Shown: one piece after another, positions 12,916 through 27,329 of the stretch
Numbering within the stretch: position 1 is the stretch's first letter
How the letters are laid out: every line of letters begins with the position of its first letter
Assembly: GCA_964304625.1 (NCBI GenBank)
Contig: OZ199840.1
Location: 531,284 to 595,283 of the forward strand
DNA: 64,000 nucleotides
Origin: Kudoa neothunni
Lineage: Eukaryota > Animalia > Cnidaria
Direction: 5' to 3'
Notes under the pieces: model-generated
The model's input: only the letters and a program-made list of their open reading frames with translations
Database searches by the model: none
What the model was told of the DNA's origin: nothing
Translations under genes and position numbers: made by a program

Positions 12916-15010
12916 TTATGAAGCGCTTTCTTCAGCTGCCTGTAATTTGTCTCCTTTGGCAGCATTAGTGTTCATCTCAAGGGCCTGATCTTTCTCTTTG
13001 TTGGCGGCGATATCATGATAGGCCCAGGGTTGAAGCTCGCTGGTTCCAAATAATAAATATGGCACACCGGTAGCTATGGTGATGACACCAGTAGCAATGA
13101 ATGCGTTTCGCCATCCGACACTAGCTTCCTAACAACAAGTTTTTAATACCGACCTAGGTTTTTAAGAGGTTACTGCACTATTTTTGACGATATAGGAGAC
13201 AATTTCAGGATTTGCAACACCGGATACAGAACCCAGAGTGTTTGACAATCCCATAACCACACCAGCATATCTGGGGGCCATGTCAATGATTGAAGTGAAA
13301 TAGCCACTGGTGTTAGCGCCGTAACATGCCATGGAAAGTGAGACAAGCAACACAGCAACATTTGGATGATTACAGCTGACTAATCCAACCGTAGAAATAA
13401 ATATACCTGCAATTACGAAACCTAAATTTACAATTATATACATACTATATACATACTATATATATAAATAAGAAGAGGAAAAGAAGATGGATTAGTTATT
13501 GAGTTAAGTATCAAATTTATTAAATTCGCCGGAAGTAATTACCGATAAAAGAGCTAACTTTTCGGAAAAAAGTTTTCTTCTGAGGATTTCTTTTTATTAA
13601 ATAGTCTATCAATCTTGAGTAGCCCATTTGAACTACAAAACTCACAACGAAGGGAATCATAGAAAAGCTGCTTGCCTAAAAATAGCATGTCAATGATTGT
13701 TTAATAATTTCAACTTTATTATATACCTTTTTGGGTGTGAAACCATATACATCTTTAAGAAATTTAGGGTGACCAGTCAAAAGACCGTATAGAAGAAAGT
13801 TGTTAGCCATTTGACCAAAGTGGCAAGTCCAAGCGGGAACCGACTTGAAAATTTCCAGAAAAGGAACATCCTAAGAGTTGTTATTCATTGGAAACTTGCC
13901 GAAAGTAATTTGTATACTTTAAATCCGATGCGGCCAGAATTCTGCTTGTTTTTATCGCGGTTTCTAGGTTTTTTTGTTATAACAGTATACTCTGCGTCTG
14001 AGATATAGGGATGGTTGTCGGGGTTATCAAACCCAAGGAAAAACCACATCAGTAGAACAAACATGCCTAAACCACCTACGCACCCATATACATAGATTAA
14101 AAAGTGGTTAATTCAAACCAAAATCATAGAAAACATACCACAAACGTAAAAAAAGACACCCCAACCTCTTTCAGATGATTCAGCAATAAATCCGCCAATA
14201 CCATAGTTTACAATGAGACCAAAAACGTTACCTAAATAGTGTTTAGAAGAGGGCTCGGTTTACGATCATAACCAAATACCGGTATGAGTGAACACAGCTA
14301 AAGTGGTTCGTTCTTCCGGAGGACTCCATGTACTGACAATTTCGTGGATAACTGGTATGATAGGACCCTATAGAACGAGATCATAAAATCAGTGACATCC
14401 AAAAACTGGCAATCAATAAATAATGAAGAATGAATAGCGAGCTTACCGAAAAAAATCCAGATAACACTCTTGCGAAAATAAACGCATATACGCTCGTATC
14501 AGCTAACGGCACAGAGATGATCTGTGCCATGGAAGAACCAAACAACGTGAGAGCCATTGTTTTTCTAGCACCAATCTTAGACGAAAGTAGGCCACCAATA
14601 AGATGGGTAAATCCGTAACCATAAAAAAAACAACCCAAAACCGTTCCTAATATGTGTTTATGCAAAGAATCAATCAATCAATCAACACCGACTAATACTA
14701 ATGTATTTACCAATAAATTTAGAATCCCAATCAAATGCTACAGGTGTAGGTGCTTGATTTTTCTGGCAAATAATATCAGATTAATTATCATATGAGTATC
14801 GTAAAAACGAATGGAGCTAATATATGAATTAGCAATTACTGCTGAATTATCTGATTTTATGCAAAGTGAACCACCTTGTTTTTCTTCGGGTGCAATCATA
14901 GTCAGTACCGACACACTTATGTTACTACGATGCATATACAACACCAGTAAAGCTGCCCATGTCACAAAGCACACCAAATATCGAACTTTAATCATTGGAT
15001 GCAACTCCAT
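12916..15010 (-). CDS. SLC17-family MFS anion transporter (sialin/VGLUT-like), multi-exon
   Basis: YMHRSNISVSV, LGCFFYGYGFTHLIGGLLS, FARVLSG, WSPPEERTTL, GWGVFFY, DNPDNHPYISDAEY, IDMAPRYAGVVMGLSNTLG, GWRNAF, FGTSELQPWA; GT-AG introns; TAA 12916-12918. Confidence 0.95.
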
Positions 15011-18000
15011 TTTCTGATTCGAACAATGAAAAAATAGGTAACACGGATTCCAACAACTTAAACTGGTATTAGGTTCAACTCAACGACTGATCAAAGAGAT
15101 ATTTCGCTAAGAACCCTATCCGATTAGGGTTATTATCCAGTTGCACGTATGTTATTAGGTGAACTCGTTCTATTGTAAATTTAATAAATCGTTATGTTTA
15201 TATGTGCAGCATGCTTCTTGTGGCGTGAGTCACCTGATGGATGGAGCTGGAGCATGTATTATTAACCCTAATAGTTACACTCTATAATTTACAAAGTATT
15301 TTCATAATAAAGTATATGGGAATGTAATTAAAACCTCATTTAAAATTTCTTTATTAATATTTTGTCGAAAAAACGTTGTAAATATCTTTCTTTATAATAG
15401 TAGCATATTGTAATTTATTAAGCTGCATTAGATCTCTAAGAAAAACATCCTCTTTAGATAACCATAAATTAGAAATTTCAATCCTGTTTTAATACCATCA
15501 ATTGAATTTAATTATTCCACAGACTTATACTTCTTTCGCATACATTTTAGTATTTATTTGGTCTTCTCTGATGAAAATAAACTGCTTAATATTTTATATA
15601 ATAGTCTTAACGATTAAGTAATAAAGTTGACGACTGCAAGTCGTTATCCATTGTTATAAAAAACGTAACAATCGTGTAACCGAAAGTAATAATTTTATAA
15701 TTTTATCAATTGAGTAATTCAATTTTAATCAATATTTTGATGGAATAATAATTATATTTGCTCTATTATAAAAGAATCGAGCGACAACTCTTCCAAATTG
15801 TTATCTTGTTTCGAAAAATTCCACAATTTTCCATAAAGAAATATATTATCAATATGACCAAGTGTTTAAGATTTTTTAACCAACATATCATTCACTTAAT
15901 AGAAGGGAGATTATTTATTCATTCTTAAGTAAAACTGCATCAATTTGTTAAACAATAATTGTGAATAACTGCTAAACAACTATTCATTCGTATAATGATG
16001 AAACCAACTCAATTTCAGTCAATCTTTATGCATTGAGACTTTCACCTTAACCCTATTAGGATTTGAGCTTCTTCGGTAATGTAAATCATTAAATTTAAAT
16101 TTGGTCAGGCTGGTTAACTGCACCAAACACCCCACTCCCATTATTACAACGCAATATATTTACTACTAATGTAACCGCACACAATAAATTTTACATAATT
16201 GATTATATTTAATTTTAAGCAAATTTTGTGAGAATGAGTAAAGAATATTAAATTGTAATGATCTGTCGTCATGTTAAAGAGATAAAATTTTTTTCAACCT
16301 GTTACCGGTGTACTGTAAGTGCTTGGATTCATTGATTAAAATATATTTTTAAAAATAGAGTTTATTTTTAGTGCTAGACACAAGAGTTCAATTTTATCAT
16401 TAATCTTCCTAATCATTAAATCCCATGGAAGATATTAAAGAAAATTAGACATTCTAATAGGTGTCCAGGGTCAAAAAGTCACTACCCACTACCTTGATAG
16501 GATTCATAGCTCTATGAAGAGAAAAAATTAGGCAGTTATAACTTAACTTTTACCTTACAAAGCTAGAAGCCGATTTTGTTTTCAATTTCTTTGAATATCA
16601 TGAAAAAATAGAAGTAAGGTGGGTGGTGTTGGTTGGATATTTATTCTACTCTATTTCACGAAAAACTATTTTATCTTCTGCCAAAAGCAATGGCTATTAC
16701 CACGCTAGCGTATAATTCCATGTCGGGGCTGTCTATTGCCACGAAAACGAATTTCTCCTAATTCTGAGAATTCTTAAGTCTATAATTTTCTTGACTACTT
16801 AAACATATTTTTATCTATTAAATTTTAAATTTTCGCGTTAATATTTACCAAATAGATTTTACGATAAAAATCGGTGACTTAAAAATCTAAAATGTCAGTT
16901 TATTTATATACACAAAGTGACCGTGAATTAATTTTTTATTTTATACTATCACTATTGATTATTTCTAGACTGTTTGAGTCCTAATTCAATCTAACTACAT
17001 CAAATCTATTATAAGTACACAATTTGTATGTGCACCGAGCTTAACAGCTGAACGTTGAGAATTTTAATTTGTATTTTAAAAAGAATTGGTATTCAATTAG
17101 ATCACAGTTAATTAATGTATCAGACAATATAAAATCAACCAACTCTACTTGAATTCTAAGATTTTAGTTTTAGTGTATCTTCCTACATTTTTTTTCTGAT
17201 ATTACACTTCCTAAGAAGCCTAAAGCAGTATGAAGGTATGAAGACGGAGGGATTTTAGAATGATTGCAATCGGGAAGAAAAGAAAAAAAATAATAAACTA
17301 CATAGTTGAATTTTTAAAGAAGTTTACTCGTTTGTTGTCAATCATTCTTGCGTAAATTTTTCTATTTATCGTAAAATTAAAAAAATACTCGATGTTCAAT
17401 CAACGATTATATGATTACGAATTCGATGTTGTGTTTAAGATATCTATTAGATATTTTTTAAACTTTTCACGTAAGTAATTTTATCATAAAACATTTAATA
17501 ATAACTGAGTAACTATTACAACAAGTGTGAAAAATTCGTGGTTATATGCTGCAAATGCCAAATATTAGGTAAATGAAGTTCCATGTGAAAATGAGAAATT
17601 TTTTTTAACATAAAATTTCTCAATCAAAATATGTAAACAAAAATATATAATATTGTGTGGTTATGGAGAAATTCGTTTTAGTAACAATAGCCTTTGCTAA
17701 ATATTATGAGACCTGAATTTTAATATTATAGCTTGGTCTCTACAAGGTTGTCTCAAATTATTAAACTCAGAACGATTTAAAATGAGTAAATATTCATTTT
17801 AGATTAACGTGGTATGCTATCGGCTCGCGGTTTCTACGATCTATTGAATCAATGGAAAATGTGGACAATTAATCATTATCTTAAATATTTTCGGGTAAAT
17901 CCAGACCGGGCACCAGACATTTTATGCGATCAATGCTATAAAATAGCCGTGTAGGCTTAAATTGGTACCATTAAGATCAGCTCATATTTTTTACTAATAA

Positions 18001-18425
18001 AATAATGGAATTTAACTTTTGAGCGGAAAAAATTCCAAGTTATATTCAATATTTATTAATGCAATTATCATGCTTGAAAAAATTTGTACGGCGTGAGAAA
18101 AAAGTTGCAGTTAAAAGTGCTTTTATAAATTCATGATTATTAGACATTAGACATTAAACGTCAGGTTCGAAAAATTCTCTCCATTGGTTCGCATATTCGT
18201 TTCCAATCCTCTGTTCTATAATCGGAGGTATAATCAATCAGATTCTCATTATCTGGTATGGTGCACTCTAATTTAAATTAATCTAACGCCTCCTCTTGAG
18301 TTGTATTTTTATATGTCGCGGATGCTTTGAATCAAAGTCGACGAGACACGTTTGTTGATGCTTCTATAAGTCACTAAATAAATTTGTAAACACTAAAATG
18401 CAAAATATAATTAGTAGAATAAATA

Positions 18426-20014
18426 TAGATGTGCCTCGATATTGCGTAGTTGCCCCTTATCTCTTGAATTTTTTAACCATTTATAAATTTTGGTACTGAC
18501 AAGTAATACATAAATTATTATTTCGTAAAATATATATAAAATTATTTATGAATAAAAAATTAATAGTAAATTTCTCATTATTTAGCGGGAATTTTGTATT
18601 TCGCGGGAATTCTAGGTTCTGGAAAACACCTTTTGATTCGACATTGCGCAGTATATTTAACCATATCTCGAATATAGTGGGATATTGACGCGAAACCTAA
18701 TTTTATTTTGCGATATGATTCAGGTACGTAAACAAGAGGTTCAAAAAAAGGACAGAGCCAAATTTTGTTCGAATTAATAGAATAATTCTATATTTTCTGC
18801 CAAAAAGTATATTTTAAATATGAAGAACATTTAACATTCGGTAGAACAAAAAATTTCCAGCGGAGACAATTCTAACGAACGAAATATAAATTAAGGGGAG
18901 ACTTCATTAATGGTCAATTTAATAGCGAACCATGCGCCAGTAACTTTGATTATGAATACAAAAAGGTAAAATTAGCTGGAAAATTGTCTACATTTAAAAT
19001 TCCTGTAATTTTATGAACTATTAGGCAAACTTTTAAAAGCGAAGATCCAGAAGGTCTATGACAGTGTTTCCCAACCTTTTTTCTATCACGCCCCACCTTT
19101 TTCAAATGTATTGATTTTTTAACATAAACTACTTATAATTTGGAATCAAACCTCGTGCCAAATTAAAATTAGAAAATGACCTATATATATTTCTTCATTA
19201 GAATTCAAATGTATTTGATCGGATCTAATTTAATTTATAGATGGACTTTAAAAATTAACATTTTTACTTTTTCATTCAGTCAAAAACTGCATTAAGTAAA
19301 ACTTGTGGTAATCCAACCTATATCAGGCAAAACTTTTCTGTATTCGGGGCTTATAAACCGAAATTAAATAATTAAAATTAAAAATTAATCGATATTGTTT
19401 TTGGATAAGTCAAAAAAGAGGTGGTTACGATTATAAATGTGACAACATTGGACTTATAACCATTCCGATTCTAGTGAGCAAAAACCATGTTAAGCATTTT
19501 TATATTTTTTATATAAATTAATCAGTGCTTTGGTATTGTTTTGGGAGGTTCACATTCGCTTAAAAATAAACCAGATCAAAAGTCGAACCATTTATTTCAA
19601 TGTGCGCCACATATCCTAATTATCTCACCATTATCCGTGTCACATCAATGCCCAGGATTTTCCCCGTCCTACAAGAGCCGATCATTAAACGCTCAAAGAT
19701 TTCCATGCCCCACCAAAAATTTTCCACGCCCCATCCGTTGGGCGTTTCCCACACGTTGGGAAACACTGGTCTATGTGAGTTCACTCAATTATGGATCCAA
19801 AATCAGCTATACTAAAAGAAAGAAAATTGCGGCCAAAAATGTAACAACATTATTTTAATTATATCAATGAAATTGATGTTTAGAAACGAGTCAATAAATG
19901 GTTTTATCGTTTTTTGTATAATGCGCTCAGGCAAAACCCGATACTGCGTGTTAATTTTGCATGGCGTAGTAAGTTGGTGGTCCTAATTTACTACGCAATA
20001 CCGAGGCACGACTA
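18426..20014. mobile_element. Non-autonomous Tc1/pogo-type element, copy 2 (carries hAT MITE)
   Basis: GTGCCTCGATATTGCGTAGT ... ACTACGCAATACCGAGGCACGAC; co-linear with 6019-7507. Confidence 0.85.
19062..19768. mobile_element. hAT (Charlie/Buster-like) MITE
   Basis: CAGTGTTTCCCAAC ... GTTGGGAAACACTG TIRs; 8-bp TSD GTCTATGA/GTCTATGT; related partial copy at 48230-48736. Confidence 0.9.
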
Positions 20015-20080
20015 TAACAACTATTATCTGAATATTTTACACAAATTCTCAGTTAATTGAAAATTTCTTATTCCATGGTA

Positions 20081-20796
20081 CAATGGGTAACCGATAGTAC
20101 GCAATTTCATCAATATGACATATTCAAAGTTTATATTATGTGGCCCGTTTTATAATATTTTTATGAGTGTAAAAAAAGTCTTTAAATATTTTTGAATTAA
20201 ACTAGGAAATTACCAATCCGTTCTGGCAGGCTACCAACCGATAGTACGCACTTTTTTGGCTAAAAAATCTTATTTTTGTTTATTGAAAACGAGAGTAAAA
20301 TTAAAATTTTACTGGTTGAATTTTTGTAGAAATACTAGAAAATTATTCCAAAATATGTCTAAAATCGCAATAATAATCGTCATTAAACATTTTGCAGTAT
20401 ACGTCGTATCCAAATTAAATAATGTGAACTTTTTTAAAATTTTGAGTCAAAATATAATACTTTTTCCATATTGCACTAAAAATAGATAAGAAACAAATAA
20501 TATTTACAGTCTCACTGAACTGACTATTTACTAAATTTAATTAATCCTAATATAGAAGGATCTGAATATTTTATCAAAAATATGGTTAAAAACGAATTTT
20601 AAAATTATTTTCAGTCGAATAATTTTAATAATGTATTTTTGGTTATTCTAACCTAAAAATTAGTTGTAGTTCTTAAGGTGTAAAATAAAGAAAACAAAAA
20701 AAGCGCGCATATTTGAACTGCGTATTATCGGTTGTAACGTTTAGTAAGCATTTTTGGGTGGTCCCGAGGGGATTACGTATTGGCGGGTATCTACTG
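20081..20796. mobile_element. pogo/Tigger-like MITE
   Basis: TA|CAATGGGTAACCGATAGTACG ... CGTATTGGCGGGTATCTACTG|TA; right part matches 43512-43680 in reverse complement. Confidence 0.65.
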
Positions 20797-20809
20797 TATA
20801 TTGAGAGAA

Positions 20810-21044
20810 GGAAGTGGCTATTGGCACGAACATAATATCCAGGTAGGTATAGTTTTGACTGCATTTAATTATTGTTGGCTCTTCGCTACCGCTTCTAGAG
20901 ACCGAAAATAATTAAATACAGCAGATTCTAAAAAATTTGCTTTATACCTCAATTATAAATAGGAGCTACAGGGATTAAAATTGTGCACTGCGCAAGCGTA
21001 GTTGCCATTTTGGATTAAAAACTTCCATTCCAATAGCCAGTGCT
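20810..21044. mobile_element. Short element of the GGAAGTGGCTATTG-TIR family
   Basis: GGAAGTGGCTATTGG ... CCAATAGCCAGTGC; a further decayed neighbour at ~21056-21270. Confidence 0.6.
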
Positions 21045-21615
21045 TATTGAAAATAGGAAATGACTATTGGCGCGTTAACTAATAGATAATCAGAGTTCAT
21101 TAGTTTTGACTATATTTTAAAAACCTCTGGACCCCTATTTCTCTCGTAAGTATCATAAATGAATACATATAGCAGATTGTAAAAAGTTAAACTGTATACA
21201 ATTTGTAAAATATAATAATATTTAAACATTTTCAATGCGCAAGCGCAATCATTATTTAGGATTAAAACTCATCGCGGCAATGCCCTATCCAAACAAAATA
21301 TTTAACGAGAAAGAATTCTTCTACGGCGCACTCAGATACAATAGTAGATTAATTAAATTTCATTTAATAAACTTAACAGATTTTGGTTTAATATTGTTAA
21401 AAAATATATTCAAAATTGAAAAACTTTTTTCAACTTAATGAAAAGATCATCCAAGATTAAAAATTGCCAATGAAAAAAAAATTAATTGCTTCACCATCTC
21501 TTTATTAAAATCAACTAATAAGTACATATTAAGATATTTAAAAAAATCCACTAGCTCCAGCTAATACACCACACAATAGCCGTTATTTTATTCACAGAGA
21601 AAGCAATACACAAAT

Positions 21616-21618
<3 letters not shown>

Positions 21619-21648
<30 letters not shown>
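21619..21648. repeat. (AT)n microsatellite in SPT5 3' region
   Basis: Direct sequence. Confidence 0.9.
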
Positions 21649-21651
<3 letters not shown>

Positions 21652-21674
21652 AGAATATGATTATAAACATGTTG

Positions 21675-24600
21675 TTAGAAGCTATTGCAAATTTTGGCCA
21701 CACTGATAAATGGAACACGGGCGTTGCCTTTTTGGCCATCTGGATATGATATTTCAATGGAGTAATCACCTCCAGAGGAGGATATCAATTTTCCTTTTTT
21801 TCCCTGGTGGTCACCGGAAATAACTTCAATTTGGTCAAAGATCGAGGGAGCCACAAGCAACAACTGCCGAACATCGTTAACTGTGATCACTTCATTGTTG
21901 TTTTTGAGCAGAACAGAACAAGCACTAAGAGATTTTCTCAACACCTTGCCAACAGCATTCGGATATTTCGGATGGGTGGCAGTTAGTTTCACTTCGAAAT
22001 CTTTTCCAAGTGACATCAAGCTGGATACCGGGTTGGTGAGTACAGAACCTCCAAAGCTATTGTTGGAGTTAGGGGTGGTGTGACTATGGCTATCGGGTGA
22101 TTTTGGATTGTAGGGGTTTTTCACCTTGGAACTATTCATAGAGTTGTTATCGTTTGTTGTGCCATATTGTCGATGATGACTACTATCATCAACATTATTA
22201 AATTCATGTGAGCTTCCATAGTAGGCGCTAGTGGATGGAGTGGTGCTGCCATAGGCGGTAGGTGTGTTGGTGATAGTTTCCGAATGACGAGGTGTGGAAG
22301 GATGGTGAATGTAACTGCCAAATCCAACGTTAGAAAAACCTACCGCCGGTGTTTCAGATCCTTGTCCATGACTGGGAGTATGACAGAACGACTTGTTACC
22401 ACCGCCAACAGAAAATGGAGTATTGACCGATGAAATAGGAGTGTGAGCAGCCACCAAAGGACGCTCATCACCTTGACAAACAAACTCCGACACATTGACA
22501 GAGATGGTTTTGCTGTTGGTGTGCAACTCGATACGTGCCATCTGACCAGAACAATCACGTACAATACCATAGTATCCTTTGTATGGTCCGTGAACGATTC
22601 GAACAGTTTTACCGCGTAGATTTTTGATACTGGTGGTGTATGTTGTGATGTTGGATTGTGTGTTGAATCCAGGTCGTTGCGAGTTGGTATCATCATATTG
22701 CAACGAGGTGGTGCCGGTAATAGCAGAACTTGCTGGATTGTGGCTGGTGGCGAACCGAGGAGACATGACATACGACGGCGATCCAATGAACGGCGAGCCT
22801 ATATTTGTGCTACCACCACCGGCAATATTGACCGAATCCATTCCAGAACTCATTAGACCACTTCGGTTGACGGCATTATTTGGATTGTTTTGAGTGTTCT
22901 TTTCCACCACAAGATTTCTACTTTTACAGGTGAACATACCGCGTTCTCTTCTAATCATGGGACTGTACACAAACGCCCAATCATACACTAACATTTTAAT
23001 CTGTCCAACAACATCTTTATGTGTGTCCACTCCAACCACACGGACAGTATCTCCAATAGAGATAGGACTGTTGAATTTGTCGCGAAAAAAACCCCGCTTT
23101 GGGATGTATTTTTGAATGTTGTATATTTTGGAGGTGTTGGTTTTGCCCATTTGATTGAGAAATTCAATTGTGTCATTGTGTATCTTGGTGATACAACCGA
23201 CAGTGTTGGAATCGATACGGATAAACTCTCCCACTTGGAATTTGCCCGATGAATCCACACCTGAAAATCTGCTGGTGGATTTGTGAAGATTATACGAGAA
23301 AACTTTCATTTCGGAAAAGGAATCGTTCGAAAACACAATCACATATGGATGTTCCACACGGACAACCATCCCCACTTGACCTTGATGTTCACCAGAAATC
23401 ACTGCCACATTGTCTCCAATAGCAAAATGTTTGCGCAAATCGTCCAATAAAACATCAACAATGGGTGGTTTTTGGTTGGCCTCTTGTTTCTCCAATTGCA
23501 CTTGAATGGAATCGCCATCAACCGAAACAATACGTCCAACCGAATCCATAAGTTCACCATTCACCAACTGAACCAAATCACCAACTTTAAACGACTCGGT
23601 GGGGGTGGATTTAGGAATATCTTTCGAGATGGACAAACCACCTCCACCATTAATTTTTGAGACCGATTTGTTGAGAGTGACAGAGAACTCATTGGAATAT
23701 CTGTCATCGGTGGCTGCTTTGAATTTTTCCAATTCGTTCAACCGAGGCTCAACTCCTGACACTATTAGTGATTTGATGGGGAAACGTTTGTATAAAAGTC
23801 CCTCTTTGAAACGGTTTCCCGCAAACACATAAAATCCAGAGCTGTCTTGAGTTAGCACACCTCCCTCACGACGTACTCTATCAATGTTGAATAAAGCAGG
23901 CTCAGCTCGAAACAGCTTCCGTTCATTGTCTTTGTTGGTGTTATCGGTTGTGGTTGTTTTGTTGATTTGACGATAATCGATTCGAGGTATCAACTTCACA
24001 ACAACCGAATTTTTAACTTTATCCACCGATTCCACCTGAGCCAAATCGTTTCGATATTCACCCCGTTTGATTCGTATCCACGAATCCGGCTCCACAACCA
24101 CTGTCTCTTTGACCACCTTGAGCACTTGAGGCATCTCTGCCAGTGGAACCATCTTCTGTTTGTTGATACCGTAGGTGAAATATGAGAGACCTTGTAGAGC
24201 TGTCTTCACATGACTTTGTTTGTGAGCTTCCACATAGATAAAACCTTTTATTCCGTTCTGATAAACAGCAGACAGAATATCGATTGGATTGCCGTTCTTC
24301 TTGTGAAATAATGATTTTCTCATTAGCGCAAGAACTGCATTTGCTTCTTGACCCATTTGACATCGAACCATCCATAAACTCGGATCCCTAAATCCACAAA
24401 GTCTGGCTATTGATAAAACTCCAAACACTCACTTTATAGTTGGAAGTAAACGCTTCTTGTGAACGGAACTTGTTGATTGTTGGACAACTGATTCTTCTTC
24501 TGTATCAAGAAATTCGTCCCTTCAAATAGAACCATTTAGTTTGTAATCCACAACACTAACTATAAAAATGGACCAACCTTGATGTTGTTCCAGTCCAACG

Positions 24601-25060
24601 TTTAGCCAACTCCTCCAGTTGATCATTATCAGCATCTCTTATAGCGTAATCGATGCGAGATGATCTTCTTCTGTCGTACTCACCATAGGCTTCACGTTGT
24701 CGGATCATTTTCTCCATCTCTTTAAAACCATCTTCTGCAACCAAATTATCTTCTTCGTCCTCATCACCAGATACCTCCTCTACTTCTCGAAGAATTAGAT
24801 CGCCTGCATTGCGACGTTTCCTAGATTTTGTTTTTTGCTTTACGGGTGCCTCATCGATCGAACTGTCTGTTTCAAAGTCTTCTTCTTCAGATACATCGTC
24901 AAAAGAATCGCTTTCTAGCTCATCTTCTTCTTCCTCCACCTCAACATGACTGTATTCATTTTCACTCTTAATCAAAAAATCATAATGATTACAAAATTAG
25001 ATACACAAATGATCGGTTTACTTTAATATCGGTGTTTTCGTCAGTGGAACTGGTTGTCAT
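21675..25060 (-). CDS. SUPT5H: Transcription elongation factor SPT5
   Basis: Exon 1 MTTSSTDENTDIK; acidic N-terminus; LPTIK-DPSLWMVRC NGN domain (KGFIYVEA); multiple KOW motifs (GKTVRIVHGPYKGYYGIVRD, ARIELHT); S/T-P-rich CTR; three short 5' introns, then a ~2.7 kb terminal exon. Confidence 0.97.
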
Positions 25061-25329
25061 TTTTAACGAATAGGGACGAACTCATGCGATCGTTGATAAA
25101 ATGCGAGTCATGGATTGTTTTTTTTATGAATTCTGTGGCACAGGATTTGGATATTAAACATAAAATTATCAAAAATTTTAATCTCTTAAAATAAAGTATG
25201 CTAGGATTATAAATAGTCCACCATGTTATAATTTGATGCGCGCGTGAAAATATGTAACCATCTTATATACTCTGATTTAAGGAGCATCTGTGAGTTTCGA
25301 TTAAGAATATGAATTTAAACTGCTCATAC

Positions 25330-25760
25330 TTACTTTTTAGGTAATCTAATGAGTGTTAGATTTGAACAATTAGGTCGCCCCACTGTTTTTATTTTAGGGG
25401 GAAATTTTAAATCTATTTAAAACTAATACTATTTTCTATATGATTATTCAACTTTTGACATTGTTCTGCTCGCCATCCATAGCACGCATTAGTTTTGTTT
25501 TGTGCATATTGGTATGTTTTCACTGATACCTTATTTGTGAAAACCTAACAGACGTTATCGCCGGTTTTGCATCCATCTATCTGTTGGTCATTTTGCATAT
25601 TATACCAGTCTTAAGATGAGTCATTATTAGGTAACTTGGTTGGGGATGCTTCAGGAATTTCATTCATTTTTTTCTTTTCAGTTACTTGAAGTTTTATATC
25701 TAATATATTTCATTGAGAAACTTATACTTATAATAATACCACCTCTTCTTTCCTTTCATT
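25330..25760. mobile_element. Second copy of the 1537-2708 element (inverted)
   Basis: Reverse-complement matches such as TTTTAGGTAATCTAATGA..ATTAGGTCGCC and GTCTTAAGATGAGTCATTA. Confidence 0.65.
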
Positions 25761-26019
25761 TAGCTCGTTATTTTATACCTGATTATCGTACTTCCAATTA
25801 TTCTCGTTGATTTTACCTTGTGTTCAAAGTTGGTCACGCCATTTTAAATTAATATTTTATAATTATGTTCAATAATTTTCTAGTTATTGACATTATTATC
25901 TCTAATATAATTTCAATTCTCTTAGCAGCAATTAATAAGTTGAGGTTCGATTCATCGCAATATTCTACAGACGTTGACGTATGTTAGTTTGGGTAGACAT
26001 GCATTTTATAAGCGATTTG

Positions 26020-26522
26020 AACGGGTTTAAATTTATCTTAGGATATTTCTTGTAATTTCGCATTGTGACTATATTTAGCGTTATTATTAGATGGGAAATT
26101 ATTCTGTACATATTCACGGACAGGAAATATCTTTTTCAAAATAAAAAATGAAATATAAAAATAATTATTTTAATTGAAATCGTATCGTAGAACAGTTTAT
26201 TTACAATCACTGTTGCAAACAAACTAGAAATCAACACAAGCTCACGTATTCTTATCTAACTCATTGCATATATCAATACTTCTTGTTGTATAAAATCAAC
26301 ACAACATGATTTGAAAACCACCCATATATATTAACTTAAGTATGAATATATTGAAGAAAAATATTGATCAATGTTTGTATATTTGGCCAATTTATAGATG
26401 AAAAGTCAATTAGTTTGTTTTTCTTTGAAAATTTATTTATTAATATATGTATTTATTAAACTAAAATTTTGATACGAACATTATTCTATTAGGTATTCCC
26501 ATCAGTTGCAATAGCCATTGCC
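26020..26522. mobile_element. Right part of a GGCAGTGGCTATTGCAAC-TIR element
   Basis: Co-linear with 38985-39613; ends GTTGCAATAGCCATTGCC. Confidence 0.8.
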
Positions 26523-27329
26523 AATGTAATTTTTAAATACTGCATGATATAATCTGAGTAGGATACGTTATTAAAAATATAAATATTAATGCCGCACATA
26601 GAAAAATTTGTGTTATTATTCAATGTTTAGAGGCTTTGAATAAAAAACCAAGATTTTGTAAAAAATAGAAAAAATCCAAAGATCTTGGGGAAATGCCCAA
26701 GCCCTGATCACCTGATCTTAAACGCATGTTATCAATCTTATATTTAGATGGTAAATTAATTATTCGATTACAAAATTTTGATTATGAAGTATGTTTCGCT
26801 GATTTTTTTGCGCATAGTTTTATTGGGTACTGTCGGATTAAAAATAAACATCGATTTAAATGTCCGATTTTTGCTTAAATAAATGTCGAAGGCGGAAATT
26901 CCCAAATATAAGTTACCATGCAAATAATCTCTGCCTAATAATAAACATCATAGAAAAGTGTTAGATTCCAAACTATAATAATGAAGCTTAGACTTACGTT
27001 AACTCCTAAATTTGAACTATAGAAGTCATTCCTGAGATTAAGAATCTTTTATCGGAATAATTTAGGAAACATTTAATATGAATTTTTCATAGAGTTTTTT
27101 AAATTTTTAATGCAAAGAAAAGAAATTATGGATCTGTCGTCTAGTGATTGAGTGAGGTAATTTTTGCTGATTACACTAGTGTGTGTGTGTGGATTGTACG
27201 CAATTTTTAAATATTTACTTGTTTACTATTTATTTTGTTTTAATTAAAATTTAAATTGATAGTTAAATACAAAATAGATCATTTGTCAATAAATAATTGG
27301 TTTTCAACAAAATATTAGGATTGGAAATT

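Noticed and set aside
19541-19858. 105-aa and 71-aa ORFs (and the similar ORF 48486-48761)
   Set aside because: Chance ORFs across the hAT MITE end.
21883-24375. Many overlapping or antisense ORFs within SPT5
   Set aside because: Shadows of a GC-richer coding exon; no motifs.
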